The notes under the pieces were generated by a model that did no database searches, was not told the DNA's origin, and saw only the letters and a list, made by a program, of their open reading frames with translations. From contig NC_083285.1 in assembly GCF_963506605.1 (NCBI RefSeq), positions 39,618,001-39,682,000 on the forward strand: a stretch of DNA of 64,000 nt. Direction: 5' to 3'. The DNA comes from Zootoca vivipara (taxonomy: Eukaryota). A program made the translations under genes and the position numbers. The stretch's first letter is position 1. Each line of letters opens with the position of its first letter. Below are positions 38,768 through 51,600 of the stretch, in pieces.

Positions 38768-39270
38768 TGTCACAAATGTACATACACTATCGCAATACTG
38801 TATATAGATACATATACCTGCCACAGTGTATCTTGCACATGTTTGGTCAGAATTTAAGTCACTTGCTCCTGGGACCGCGCAGAATTATTGGCCTGAATTT
38901 CTGGAAATGGGGACATTAGATCGGGCTCTTTAGCGGGGATACCAACTTGCTCTGGGTTGGTTGGTGCGCCAGTCTGGGATTCTGTAGCTTCTTGAGAAAT
39001 GTGCATCTAGTTAGGCGGCCACGGAAGTGAAATAGGAGGGAGACGCTTTCATCCCAGAAAAGTTAATTTCTAAAAAGTTATTTAAAAAACTTGAGCCCTT
39101 CAATAAAATCAGCTTGAAAGTACTGTATTGCGGAAAGATGGGGGAGAAGCAGCGCTACTTGATTATCCAATTTACAGGTTCTTTGGGGTGTGTATTCCCA
39201 CTTCGGTGAGAATTTTTACAAATTTTATGCTGCATTCTTATGCATTGTTAGGAGCACATGGTGTCCCTAC

Positions 39271-39605
39271 CCTGTTTCTCCAAAAATAAGACGTAGCCAT
39301 AAAATAAGCCGTAGCAGGATTTTTAAGCGTTCAAGGAATATAAGCATAGCTGCCAAGTTTTCCCTTTTCTCGCGAGGAAGCCTATTCAGCATAAGGCAAA
39401 ATCCCTTCAAAAAAGGGATAACTTGGCAGCTATGAATATAAGCCATATCCCCAAAATAAGACATAGTGATAGGCGCAGCAGCAATGCCGGCCGCGGCAGG
39501 AGGAGGAGGAAAAAAATACGACACGAAAAATACGATACGAAAATAAGCCATAGTGTGTTTTTTTGAGGAAAAATAAATATAAGGCGGTGTCTTATTTTAG
39601 GATTT
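39271..39605. mobile_element. Mariner/Tigger-like MITE carrying a nested 90-bp hAT MITE (39345-39434)
   Basis: The outer element has repeated AAAATAAGAC/GCC motifs and is homologous (reverse orientation) to 33895-34135. The inner element has TIRs CATAGCTGCCAAGTT/AACTTGGCAGCTATG and TSD AATATAAG. Confidence 0.75.
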
Positions 39606-40084
39606 ATTTCTGCGCCAAAATTGATAGAACTGGGTTTCGGTTTTCCTGAAAGTAAGTCCCATTTAAACATAAAGCAGCTCAATTCTGAGTCAATATGTTT
39701 AGGACTCGGATTTACAAAGTATAAAACAGCCTTATGCTTGTGGGAAACTGCTGTCAAAAATTAAGATACATTGTACCACGTGTCCAGGTTTAGATACCGT
39801 AGTCTCGGTTGTCAAAATTTGCAGGCTAGTTCTTAAAGGGTCCTACGCTTCACGGCAATTAACTTCTAGACAGCCTTCTATTGACAGCCTTCACACTGTC
39901 AATCAATGCCAGCTTTCGCTCAGCCCCATTGAATTCGGTGTATTTACTTTAAAGAATTTAAGACAATTTAGGAGGGGGCGACTTTCAAACTTTTATAATA
40001 CAGTAGTTTTTTTGTGAATGAACGATCGCTTATGCCAGGTAGAACGGCAGGTCTTTCATTTTTCCGTCAAAGTCGGTGTGAGTT

Positions 40085-40250
40085 GTGATTGGCTCAAACC
40101 GAGATATTGCTTTAAAACAGCCAATGGACACTCGGCCTCTGGCTGACCAATCACGAACGAAATGAGAACGCTTGTAACTCTTTGCGAGGTCTCAGCCAAT
40201 AGAAAATGAAGAATACAATTCTCTCATTTGCATATCGCCAATATAAAAAA
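40085..40250 (+). promoter_or_regulatory. H2B promoter with octamer, multiple CCAAT boxes and TATA
   Basis: ATTTGCAT at 40226-40233 (H2B-specific Oct-1 site), TATAAAA at ~40242, and CCAAT/ATTGG at 40088, 40121, 40147 and 40196. Confidence 0.88.
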
Positions 40251-40265
40251 CAGCAGCGCTGTTGA

Positions 40266-40682
<417 letters not shown>

Positions 40683-40708
40683 ATTGCAGCCACTGATGGC
40701 AACCTAAC

Positions 40709-40748
40709 GGCTCTTTTAAGAGCCACCTATTTTTTCATTAAGAGAGCT
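40709..40748 (+). terminator. Histone stem-loop and HDE of H2B
   Basis: GGCTCTTTTAAGAGCC at 40709-40724 and AAGAGAGCT at ~40740-40748. AATAAA also at 40837-40842. Confidence 0.93.
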
Positions 40749-41996
40749 CTACGTCACTTTTCTATCCCCTACTAAAAGTTTAATGCAGTTTAGTAATAAC
40801 TTGCCGTTTTATAAGAGTATATATTTAAAGTAGATGAATAAATGAGCAAATTAAGTTCATTTGGATATGCAGAAGATAATAAAGTTAAATTTAAGGAGCC
40901 GCAGAAAGGGAAAGAAGTCAAGTTTTGAAATGTTTAAAAAACTGAAGTTGGTGAAATGTATAAATCTGAAAAGCATAATTTTTAAAAAGCGTTTAATGCA
41001 GTTTGAATATGTCACCTCTCCCACTATATTCTGTGGGAGGCTATATTCTGTGGGAATGACCAATAAACAAATGACCGAACAAAGCATAGATACCCTAGAG
41101 CTCCTTTCATATGATTCTACTGCAATGAATAAATTTTACTTCGTTTGTGTCCCAGATGAAATCGTAGTTTTATATGGACAGAAAGAATGACTGGTGGTTG
41201 CAGAAAAGCGAATTGGGAAGCAATTTCCTAGTAATAACAGTTGGGTAATTTGAATTACCCGCGCTTTGCAGTTATTGGTGAGCTGTAGCCGGCTCCTATA
41301 TACGGTTTGTAGACGTGCGGTTGAAGAACAAAAGCGGCCAGCGCTTCGAAGTTCCCAATGATTAGTATCCATGCAGTCTCCAAGTTATTTTTTTTACAAT
41401 TCACTTACCGGTATTAAATGTTTGTGAAATGGGTAGGATTACTGGAATTGCAGAACACCTTCGGAAAATACGGTCCCGAATGATATTTTATTACATAAAC
41501 AGGGTTATATATAGGCGCACACAAACAGTTCCTAAGCGATGTGGTTTTTGTGAGGCAGCTCGATAAACATGGACGCGTATTTTCCATTTTAAAGAAAATT
41601 AAAAAGGTGATTTCTGTGAACGAAACAAAAAAATACCTTCCATTAGCACCTTAGAGATCAACTAAGTTTGTTATTGGTATGAGCTTCCGTGTGCATGCAC
41701 ACTTCAGATACTCTGAAGGAATTTTTAAATTTTGTTAGGTTTACACGCAGCTTGACATTCCCCCGCCCCTGGCGCCTACGCAATGCAAAACGGAGGGAAA
41801 ATTTTTAAAAGCGAGAGGCTAACGATTTTTAAATGTCAGTGCGCGCCTTTTCAAACTGTCGAATGAGCTTGAGGTTTTGTAATTCCAACCAATCAACAAG
41901 TGGAATGTATCCAATGGTGAGAGTTGTTCATCTAGCAATAGCCAATCGGAGGGCAGAACTAGTGTATAAATTTTGCCTTCAGCGCTCAGCTTTTAG

Positions 41997-42428
<432 letters not shown>

Positions 42429-42468
42429 GCGCCGCTCTTACTCACCCACCCCGCTTCACCAACCCAAA

Positions 42469-42510
42469 GGCTCTTTTCAGAGCCACTACACCGCATCCCG
42501 AGAAGAGCTT
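42469..42510 (+). terminator. Histone stem-loop and HDE of the right H3
   Basis: GGCTCTTTTCAGAGCC at 42469-42484 and GAGAAGAGCT at ~42500-42509. Confidence 0.95.
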
Positions 42511-43308
42511 GAGATTCTCTTTCCTTCCCCTGTACCCCAATTTGTGAGCTAGTACAAAGTGCCTCTGCACTGCGATGGGAGAGGGGAGCGCATTTAACTC
42601 TGAAGGAGCTGCGGAGACTTCGCTGGTAAATTTGGTACTTTTAGACATACGTGGAAATAGTAAGTTTACTCCGCATAGTTCATATCACGTAGACAAACAT
42701 CACTGAGTTTATTTTTATTTTAAAAGTTTCCTTTAAATCGGGTATTGCACTGTCTCGCATAATGAATTGATCCCCGTTTTTCCTTTCCCCGCCTCTACAA
42801 CTCGCTGTATGGGTCGTTGTAAGTGTTTAGTTTCGTCTTAAGCCATCCATAGATCTGGGAAAGTCTTTGTGCTTTCTTCCTGTCTGGCGGGAAGCTTGAG
42901 ACGTTAAGCTTCAAACCAGAAAAGCCCGCGTTCTGCCCTCTTCGGTTGCTCCAACCATCTTTCAGGAGGCGTGTAAGGCGGGAAGTTTGAGCGAGGCCCT
43001 TTCCCCTCCCGATTGCTTTCCTTCTCCGTCCGAATCCGAGAGCCTTTCCACTGGATCTTTAATTTTACTGCTGCAGCTTCCTCCAGTTCTTCAAAATAAA
43101 AATACCCCCCCCCCCAATTTGTACTCTGCTTTGTGTATGCTTAGCAATGCCTCGAAAAAACTAAATGCTCACTTTTTCTGGATAAATAATGCTCTTTTGC
43201 AGCTGATATGGAAAGGACCTCAAAGTCACATTGGCAGGGGTGAAGCCAAGTAGGAACTGCCCAAGTAGGAACTGCCCACTGAGCTTTTTTAGTTCTTATT
43301 AGGCTATA

Positions 43309-43658
43309 GGTAAAGGTACCCCTGACTGTTAGGTCCAGTCACAGACAACTATGGTTGCGGCCCTCATCTCACTGTAGGCCGAGATAGCCGGTGTTTGTCT
43401 GCAGACAGCTTCCAGTTCATGTGGCCAGCATGACTAAGCTGTTTCTGGCAAACAAGCAGCTGATGGAAACACCCTTTACCTTCCCGCTGAAGCAGTCCCT
43501 ATTTATTTACTTGCACTTTGAGGTGCTTTTGAACTGCTAGGTGGGCAGGAGCTGGGACCGAACAACGGGAGCTCACCCTGTCGCGGGGATTAGATCCGCT
43601 GACCTTCTGATCAGCAAGCCCTGGGCTCTGGTTTAACCCACAGCGCCATCTACGTCCC
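43309..43658 (-). mobile_element. Sauria SINE, full length
   Basis: 12-bp TSD TATTAGGCTATA at 43297-43308 and 43659-43670. Confidence 0.9.
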
Positions 43659-43765
43659 TATTAGGCTATACTCACCCTAAGATATATACATTTTTGTACT
43701 TCTACTGTACAAGCGTTCAGATTTACTTGAGCCCACTGGTGCTGTGTGTGTGTGTCTGCTGCTGC

Positions 43766-44100
43766 TGTTAAACCACAGAGCCTAGGCCCCTAGGGCTTGC
43801 CAATCAGGTCAGCGGTTCGAATCCCTGCAACGGGGTGAACTCATTGCTCGGTCCCTGCTCCTGCCAACCTAGCAGTTCGAAAGCACGTCAAAGTGCAAGT
43901 AAATAAATAGGTACTGCTACAGCGGGAAGGTAAACACCGTTTCCGTGTGCTGTTCTGGTTCACCAGAAGTGGCTTAGTCATGCTGGCCACATGACCTGGA
44001 AGCTGTACGCCAGCTCCCTCGGCCAATAATGTGAGATGAGTGCCGCGACCCCAGAGTCAGTCACGACTGGACCTAATGTCAGGGGTCCCTTTACTTTTAC
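43766..44100 (+). mobile_element. Sauria SINE (opposite orientation)
   Basis: Reverse complement of the neighbouring copy, with a GGTTCGAATCCC B box and CCTTTACTTTTAC tail. Confidence 0.88.
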
Positions 44101-44449
44101 TGTATATGTATTAAACATGACATGGTATATTTCTGGAATTGCACTTGGTGGTGGTTTAGCTCACAGCTAGCTGTTGACCTTCTGAGCATGAATGAGTATG
44201 GTTTCTTGTGGTTCTCACAGCAAAGAAAAAAATATCCACTCTGTTCTCTTACATGGCACTTCTCCCTCTTGTGGGCTTTGTTCAGATCTGTCTCTGTTCA
44301 CATCCAGAAGTACTCTTATGGCGTCTTTATAAATGAAAAGACCACTTTTCCCCTTGTCAACCATGCTCTTTATTATTATTATTTTTTAAAAACACAGTAT
44401 GTTTTCTATAAAGATACCAAAGTGCTAGTTGTTTTAGGAATATCTAGAT

Positions 44450-44800
44450 CAGGGTCCCCAAACTACGGCCCCCGGGCCGGATGCGGCCCAATTGGCCTCC
44501 CAATCCGGCCCGCGACGACCCCCGCTGCCCGCTGCCGCTGCCCGCTCTTGAGGCGCGTGGCGCGGCGACTATCTTCAAAATCGGCAAAAAATCACCGAAA
44601 ATCCTTTGTGCGCATGCGTATGGGCCTCTCCCGACCCAGAAGAGGTCATTTCCGATGCACTTCCGGGTCGGGGGAGGCCCATACGCATGCGCACAAGTGA
44701 TTTTCGGCGATTTCCCCCCGACTGCGTGCGTGTGCGCATGCGCATGGGCGCGCACTCCCCTGCCCTCCGGCCCGCTGCGCGGTAAGTCTGGGGACCCCTG
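44450..44800. mobile_element. CpG-rich non-autonomous hAT element
   Basis: CAGGGTCCCCAAACT...AGTCTGGGGACCCCTG TIRs and 8-bp TSD ATCTAGAT at 44442-44449 and 44801-44808. Confidence 0.85.
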
Positions 44801-46619
44801 ATCTAGATGGATCCCAGGCTGGTGTGCAATAATAATAGCAAAAGACCATCAAAACAGTCGGGAAGCTGTTTTGTTGTGATTACCCTGTGATAAGGAACAG
44901 GCCTTAGGCAGCTGCCAGCACCCACTATTTGATTCCCCCTTAGTGCTTCTGAAGTAGCGTTACTCCTAGGCATTCTGGGAAATTAAAATGGTCATGCCTG
45001 CTGTGGCTGTCTGCTGCCACAGGATAACCACTGAGGGTCCCACCAGAGGGCATCTTGCCAGGGAAGGGCCCTCAATTCTGAAGCAGGTCCTGATAAGTAA
45101 AGAGTGCATTCTACAACTGGGCTAGTCAACGTGGTGCCCTCCAGATGTTGCTGAACTACAACTTCCATCATCCCTGGCCATTGGTCATGCTGGCCAGGGC
45201 GGGTGGGAGTTATAGTCCATAACATTAGGAGGGCACCATGTTGCCTACAGTCGACACCTTGGAGGTCTTTAGTAGCTTCAGGTTCCAGGCCTCTGCATGA
45301 AGTTCAAACTATGATCCATAGCTGAAACTAAGGTCTGTTTCAATGCCTTTTCATTTTTGTACTTGTAACTCCAGTTTGTGTGTGTGTGCATGTGTGAATA
45401 GTGTTAACCAGGCCAGAAGTTTGATATATTTCCCTGCATGATCACACCCCTATAAGTAAATTTATAAGCTGGGTGAGTGGCCGAGGGTATCATTTGGTGG
45501 GATGTGTCAGAAAACATCAAAGCAGCCTTGCAGCCTTGTGATCTGCTTCTCTCCTCACCCCACAGTCACCCAACTGTTAGTGCATCCTGGCTAGTATCAA
45601 GCTGTCATGAGTAATCTTAAATGCACTCTAGACCCTAGGTGGGCAGTCTGTGTCACAGGTCAAACGATGGATGGCTTGCGTTTTGCTGGATACTTTGGAG
45701 AAGCACATGCATTTTGTTATTGAAGCTAAAAATTGGTAAATATTTAAAACACTCAGGGTGTCTCAATATCTTCAGCATTAAAAGGGAACTGATGCACAAT
45801 TTAAGGTTATGAGGCATTTGGGAAGTGCCACCTGTATATTATACGTCACTCAGGAATCACCTGCTGCATCAGGCAAGTGTTTGGATGTTGGCACTTTATG
45901 CTTAGGAACATTGTGTGGAGTCAGAACAGAGATAACAGCCACCTGGGATTAAAAATGGAGGGCAGAGGAAAACTGCCAGTCGCTTGCAAGCTGGAAAAAA
46001 TTCTATTCATGCTTCCCGATCAGTTAACCTTTCCTAATGATCCATAAAAATAAAGAATTTTTGTGATTAACATCTAGTGCTCATATGATGTAAGCTCAAC
46101 TCTCCTTAGACAGTTAGTGCCCAATAAATTAAATAAATGTGGTGTTGCCTCCTTTGATCACAGAGCAAAGGGAACATCTTTTTATTTTTTTTTGCAAAGG
46201 GAACATCTGAGCCCCACATTGGTACTTCAGAATGCATTGGGGCAGCAATATGAAATAAAGGAGCTGAAGCCGGGGGGGTGGGGTGGAGTGGAGTGGGGAG
46301 AGCTCTCCTCTCAATATTTATGGAGACCAACCAATCAGGTTGAAAGCCCATCTGCCATCTCTTCCCTTACCTCACTAATGAAACATTCTTTGTTAAGCCA
46401 CACTTACACGATACAATTTACTGCTGATCTTGATAACCACATGCCACAAGCAGAGTGCAGAAATGACCAAGATGTCCCTATACAACAGGTGTCTGCACCT
46501 GATTCTGTTTCAAAGGCTGTCCTTTGCCAATGAGCTAAGCCGCACACCTGTCTCTTCCTTGTCTCATTAGTGGAGCTGGCTGGAGGCTTCTGTCAGCCTT
46601 TAGGCAAGAGTATCTAGGG

Positions 46620-46755
46620 CAGGCATCCCCAAACTTCGGCCCTCCAGATGCTTTGGACTACAATTCCCATCATCCTTGACCACTGGTTCTGTTAGCTAGG
46701 GATCATGGGAGTTGTAGTCCCAAACATCTGGAGGGATGCAGTTTGGGGATGCCTG
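46620..46755. mobile_element. 136-bp palindromic hAT MITE
   Basis: CAGGCATCCCCAAACT...AGTTTGGGGATGCCTG with TSD ATCTAGGG. Confidence 0.9.
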
Positions 46756-47139
46756 ATCTAGGGAGACAGATATTATGGGGGGAGAATTTTGCACACCCAA
46801 ATTCCTTCTTTTTTGCAGTGCTGTGGGGTGAGCCCATAAAACCAGGCCAGGCATCAACTGGTGTTTGACCTGAACAAGCCCATAGAAGCAGCCATATTCT
46901 CCAGCCTTTTAAATTTATTAAGCACAAATTGGCTGAATTTTTTAATCCCTTATGCTTTTGAAAAAAATGTCCCATGTTTGAAAAATGTAGTCCAATGAGT
47001 TTGTTTCTGCCCTTGATCTCTTTTCTCTGGTGCAATGAGTTTTGACATTATAAAATAATGAATTAGGAACTTTCAGTAGGGGAAATTGCAAGCTTCCAGA
47101 GCTGAAGGGTGGTGGTTTCTACAGCTTTTTGCTGTAGGG

Positions 47140-47275
47140 CAGGCATCCCCAAACTGCGGCCCTCCAGATGTTTTGGCCTACAACTCCCATGATCCCTAGC
47201 TAACAGGACCAGTGGTCAAGGATGATGGGAATTGTAGGCCAAAACATCTGGAGGGCCGAAGTTTGGGGATGCCTG
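47140..47275. mobile_element. 136-bp palindromic hAT MITE
   Basis: Same TIRs, TSD CTGTAGGG. Confidence 0.9.
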
Positions 47276-47588
47276 CTGTAGGGTCTCCTCCTGCACCTCC
47301 AGCTTCTGCCGCTCCAGGCTATGCCTTCATAGATAATTCAAATTTTCCCAATGCAGACTACTGTACATTGATAGACTGGGCTACAAACTGGAAATACATT
47401 TTGCCACCTTAGGCAGAATGGGACAAGGGCGTACCCATGCAAATTGGAAATGCCCTCTAAAAACCCCAACAGTGTCATGGAGTACTCTGAGGTGCCCAGA
47501 GACAGTTGGCTCCATTTAGCTGTGCTGTCCTAGGCAACTGCCTAGTCTACCTGTACGGATGGCCTTGAATCTTAAGTACGCACTATAC

Positions 47589-47724
47589 CAGGCACCCCCA
47601 AACTGCGGCCCTCCAGATGTTTTGGCCTACAACTCCCATGATCCCTAGCTAACAGGACCAGTGGTCGGGGAAGATGGGAATTGTAGTCCAAAACATCTGG
47701 AGGGCCGAAGTTTGGGAATGCCTG
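47589..47724. mobile_element. 136-bp palindromic hAT MITE nested in an older palindromic MITE
   Basis: Same TIRs, TSD CACTATAC. The host element (to ~47905) resembles the palindrome at 20390-20590. Confidence 0.85.
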
Positions 47725-48698
47725 CACTATACCTTTAAAGAACATTCAAATTACATTCTTTCCCTCAGAGAATTCTGGGCTCTGTAGTTTAATCCTCACA
47801 GAGTTACAATTCCCAGCAGCCCTTAACAAACTACAGAGTCCAGAATTCTTGAAAGGGGAAAAATGTGCTTCAAATGTGCTTTAAAGATATTGTATGTACA
47901 CAGCCTGAAACATTTAACTGGAACAAACTAACAGGCAGAATTAGCCAGATCCTAGATAACCTTTTCATGATTTCTGTATGGGAGTAAAAACTGCAGCTAT
48001 TTTGAAGTCTTTTGGTAAAAACAGTGTTACGTTAAGTAAATTGTCAACTTATATTTTATGATATTGTCTGGTAGAATGCTATTTTATCATGACAACAAAT
48101 GTAATTGAATTCAGTACGTCCAACAACAACAACAGCAGCAACAACACATTTGTATGCTGCCCACCTGACTGGGTTGCCCCAGCCACTCTAGGTGGCTCCC
48201 AACAAAAATGAGTAAAAACACAATACAACATCACACACTAAAAACTTCCCTGAACTACTTCTGAGTAGACATGGCTAGATATCTAGTTTTCAGTTTTATG
48301 TGTACACCACAACTTTCTCCCACCCCACTCCCCATCATATTCCAACTGCATAAGACCTGTTGTGTATGAAAGGTATGAATAATGTTTCCTCTTTTGGAAT
48401 TTGACTGCTATTTCTATGTTCTGGCTGGTCCTGTTATGTCAGTCACACCACGGACCCATTATATCTTTATCTTGCCAGATAAAAAGCAGTGCCCAAGAAC
48501 TGCCCTACTGCTCAAAGCTTTCACGGCTATAAGACAGCCTGGCTTGTGTGGGTACATTGGATTTCCAAGTTTTGAGGAACAGCCTGAGCACAAGGAGCAA
48601 AGTGGTTTATCTGAAAGGAATGGAGACGGTCTCGGATGCTGCAGCAAAGATGCTGAGAAGTCTGTAGAGTGTTCCAAAAAGCGGATAAAATAACAAAC

Positions 48699-51600
48699 AT
48701 GTTACGCAACTCTGCATTTCTGGTTATTGCTGCTTTGCATTGGCTAATAACACACAAACGTAAGTACAGTTTTGATTAAGTACTTTGCTAGACAGATTGA
48801 CCCTAAACTGTTTGGGACATGTGGACTTTACTGGATCCAGCAAGGTTACTTGTGTTTGTACACTTGGGGTTAAAAAACGGAGAGGGAAGGACTGCCAGGA
48901 CCCAAAGAAGACAAATTGTGTCCCATATGTACACAATATCCCATATTATACCATACCTTAGTACAGATTTTAATTGTAAGCCACTTTGAGAGCCCACTGT
49001 GGCTAGAAAGCAGGATAGATATATGATCAGTAATAAAATAAATTGTTCAGCCTCACTCATCATGAGGATCCTGTTGACTGTAATGCATGAAATACAAACG
49101 ATCAAATATATGTGATCAAAGACAAAAATCACAGCCAGGGCTCAAGTGGCAATGTAAGGATATAAAAATGTTGATTATTTAAACATGAACAGCTATACAG
49201 TGCTACCTCGGGTTACAGACACTTCAGGTTACAGACGCTTCAGGTTACAGACTCCGCTAACCCAGAAATAGTACCTCGGGTTAAGAACTTTGTTTCAGGA
49301 TGAGAACAGAAATCACATGGCGGCGGCAGCGGGAGGCCCCATAAGCTAAAGTGGTACCTCAGGTTAAGAACAGTTTCAGGTTAAGAATGGACCTCTGGAA
49401 CGAATTAAGTTTTTAACCAGAGGTACCACTGTAAACATATGTGAGTATGCTTCATGTCTTGGTAATTGCTAAAAAAATTTTAAACAATTGTCCACTAGCA
49501 CCTTAGAGACCAACTAAGTTAGTTCTAGGTACAGTATAAGCTTTTGTGTGCATGCACATGGAATCTGAAGAAGTGTGCATGCACACGAAAGCTTATACCC
49601 AGAACTTAGTTGGTCTCTAAGGTGCTACTGGACAATTTTTATTTTATTTTATTTATTTATTTCGACTGTGTCAGACCAACACGGCTACCTACCTGAATTG
49701 GTAATTGCTGTTCTTTTTTCCAGGCAGTGCTGGCAATGTTGCCATTGCAGATGCTTCAATAATCCCAGTTGGAGGTAAATCCTTAGTCTCTTATTTAAAC
49801 CTAAATCCTTCCTTATCCCACTTGCCTGAGATGGCATATGTAGTAATGATAATAATAATTAATAATAATATTTTTGCTGTTGCTGTTGTTTGTTGGAATT
49901 TGTTGCCTGCCCTTCACCACAAGGTCCTGGTGTGGGATATACATTCATTGAACAAAATGCCATTAAAGCATCACTTAAAAGCACAAGAGGCTCAAAGATT
50001 ACTACAGGGCAGAAGGGTGGGGGACAGAACTATCTGATCTTGTCTGCTCCCCAGAGGCTGAATTAAGAGGTGTCTTTTGCTGGCTACAAAATATATGATT
50101 TATATATATCTCAAATGATAAAACCAGGAGTCTTTCATGACTATTTGCATGGGTGGCGGCTGCAGACAAGTGCAGATGCCTGATTTTGGGAAATGCTAGG
50201 AAAACAGTACTTCCTGATGTCTGCTGAAACCAAATCCCTGTGTGTGGTTGTGTGCGCAATAAGCCTCTTTTGGACTGCAGGCTCCTACTGTGTAAACTCG
50301 ACAATTCTGTGATTCTATGTCTGATGTACTCCTGAGTTCACTGTGCACACAGATGGTTGTGTGAATAGACCTTCAGAGTCATTCATCAAAACCAAAATCA
50401 GATTCAAGTGCGTGAGAGAGGCAGCAAAATATCTCTTCACACATTTGTATATGAGTAACCTGTGAAACGCCACTAGCACACTAGTATAAACCGATAGATT
50501 CGACAACTTGCATCAAAGATAAGTAAGTGGTTATTAGCATTGACAGCTCGATTTGTATCTTCTGTATTCAGAGATAATAAATCCTTTAAGTTGGAATTGC
50601 GTAAGACTCATGAGCTCATGGGTTCAAGCCCCATGTTAGGTGAAAGAATCCTGCATTGCAGGGGGCTGGACTAGATGACTCCGGGGTCCCTTCCAGCTCT
50701 ATAATTCTATGATTCTAAGTACCACAGTCTGGGGACAAGTGAGAGTGTGGATATTGCCATCTCACCCTTTTTTCTGAACTTCCACAGAGCATCCAGTTAG
50801 CCACTGTCAAAGACTGAATGTTATTTTAAGTGGACCATTATCTGATCTGACATCAGTTCGATATCCATGTGCTATCCGTGTTTCTGCTTTTGTTTTGGCA
50901 GTAAATAGATGTGCTTTTTTTTCTCCACATCCCCTCCAGATCCTAACATTGCAGTAGGAAAAATGTCATCCCAGTCGAGCACGTATGAAGAAAAGGGGAA
51001 GTCAAAGAAGGCCATAGATGGTTCACTGGCCAATAGCTATGCTAATGGAGACTGCACCCTGACAAAGAAGGATTTTGAGCCCTGGTGGATGGTAGATTTG
51101 AATTCAGCATTTCAGGTATCTGCTGTGGTGATCACAAACAGAGGAGACTGTTGTGAGTCAAGGATAAAAGGAGCTGAGATTCTCATTGGAGATTCGCCAC
51201 AGAAGGGAGGCACAATGAATCCCAGGTATTTCCCTTCTGTTAACAAATGAATGGTGATGGAAAACCAATAAAGATGACATGCAATATGATCTTAAACTTG
51301 TTTACTGGGAAGTAAGTCCTGTAGGGTTCAGTGAAACCTACTTCCAAGAACAGGGATGTCTTTACCATTGGGAGTAGTGGCGCAGCGAGCCAGGGCGCCA
51401 AGCAGTGTAGGGTGCCGGGCGGAGAGTCCGGGGAGGGAAGAGCGGGGAGGTAAGTGAGGCAGAACGGGGGCTTGGTGCCTGCGTGCCTCCAGCGCCCGTC
51501 GGAGGTGGGAAGGCTCCAGATGCTTTTCCGCAGTCCGGAGCTCTCTCTGCTGGCTCCGCAACACACCACCCACTCAGCTGCATGGTGTGCGCTTGCATCC

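Noticed and set aside
40861-41372. 109-aa and 78-aa ORFs, and a possible decayed H4/H2A gene between H2B and H3
   Set aside because: No histone-like residues and no stem-loop. Only an isolated TATA-like string at ~41296.
44122-44801. Overlapping ORFs of 192, 103 and 106 aa
   Set aside because: Produced by the GC-rich hAT element; no transposase motifs.
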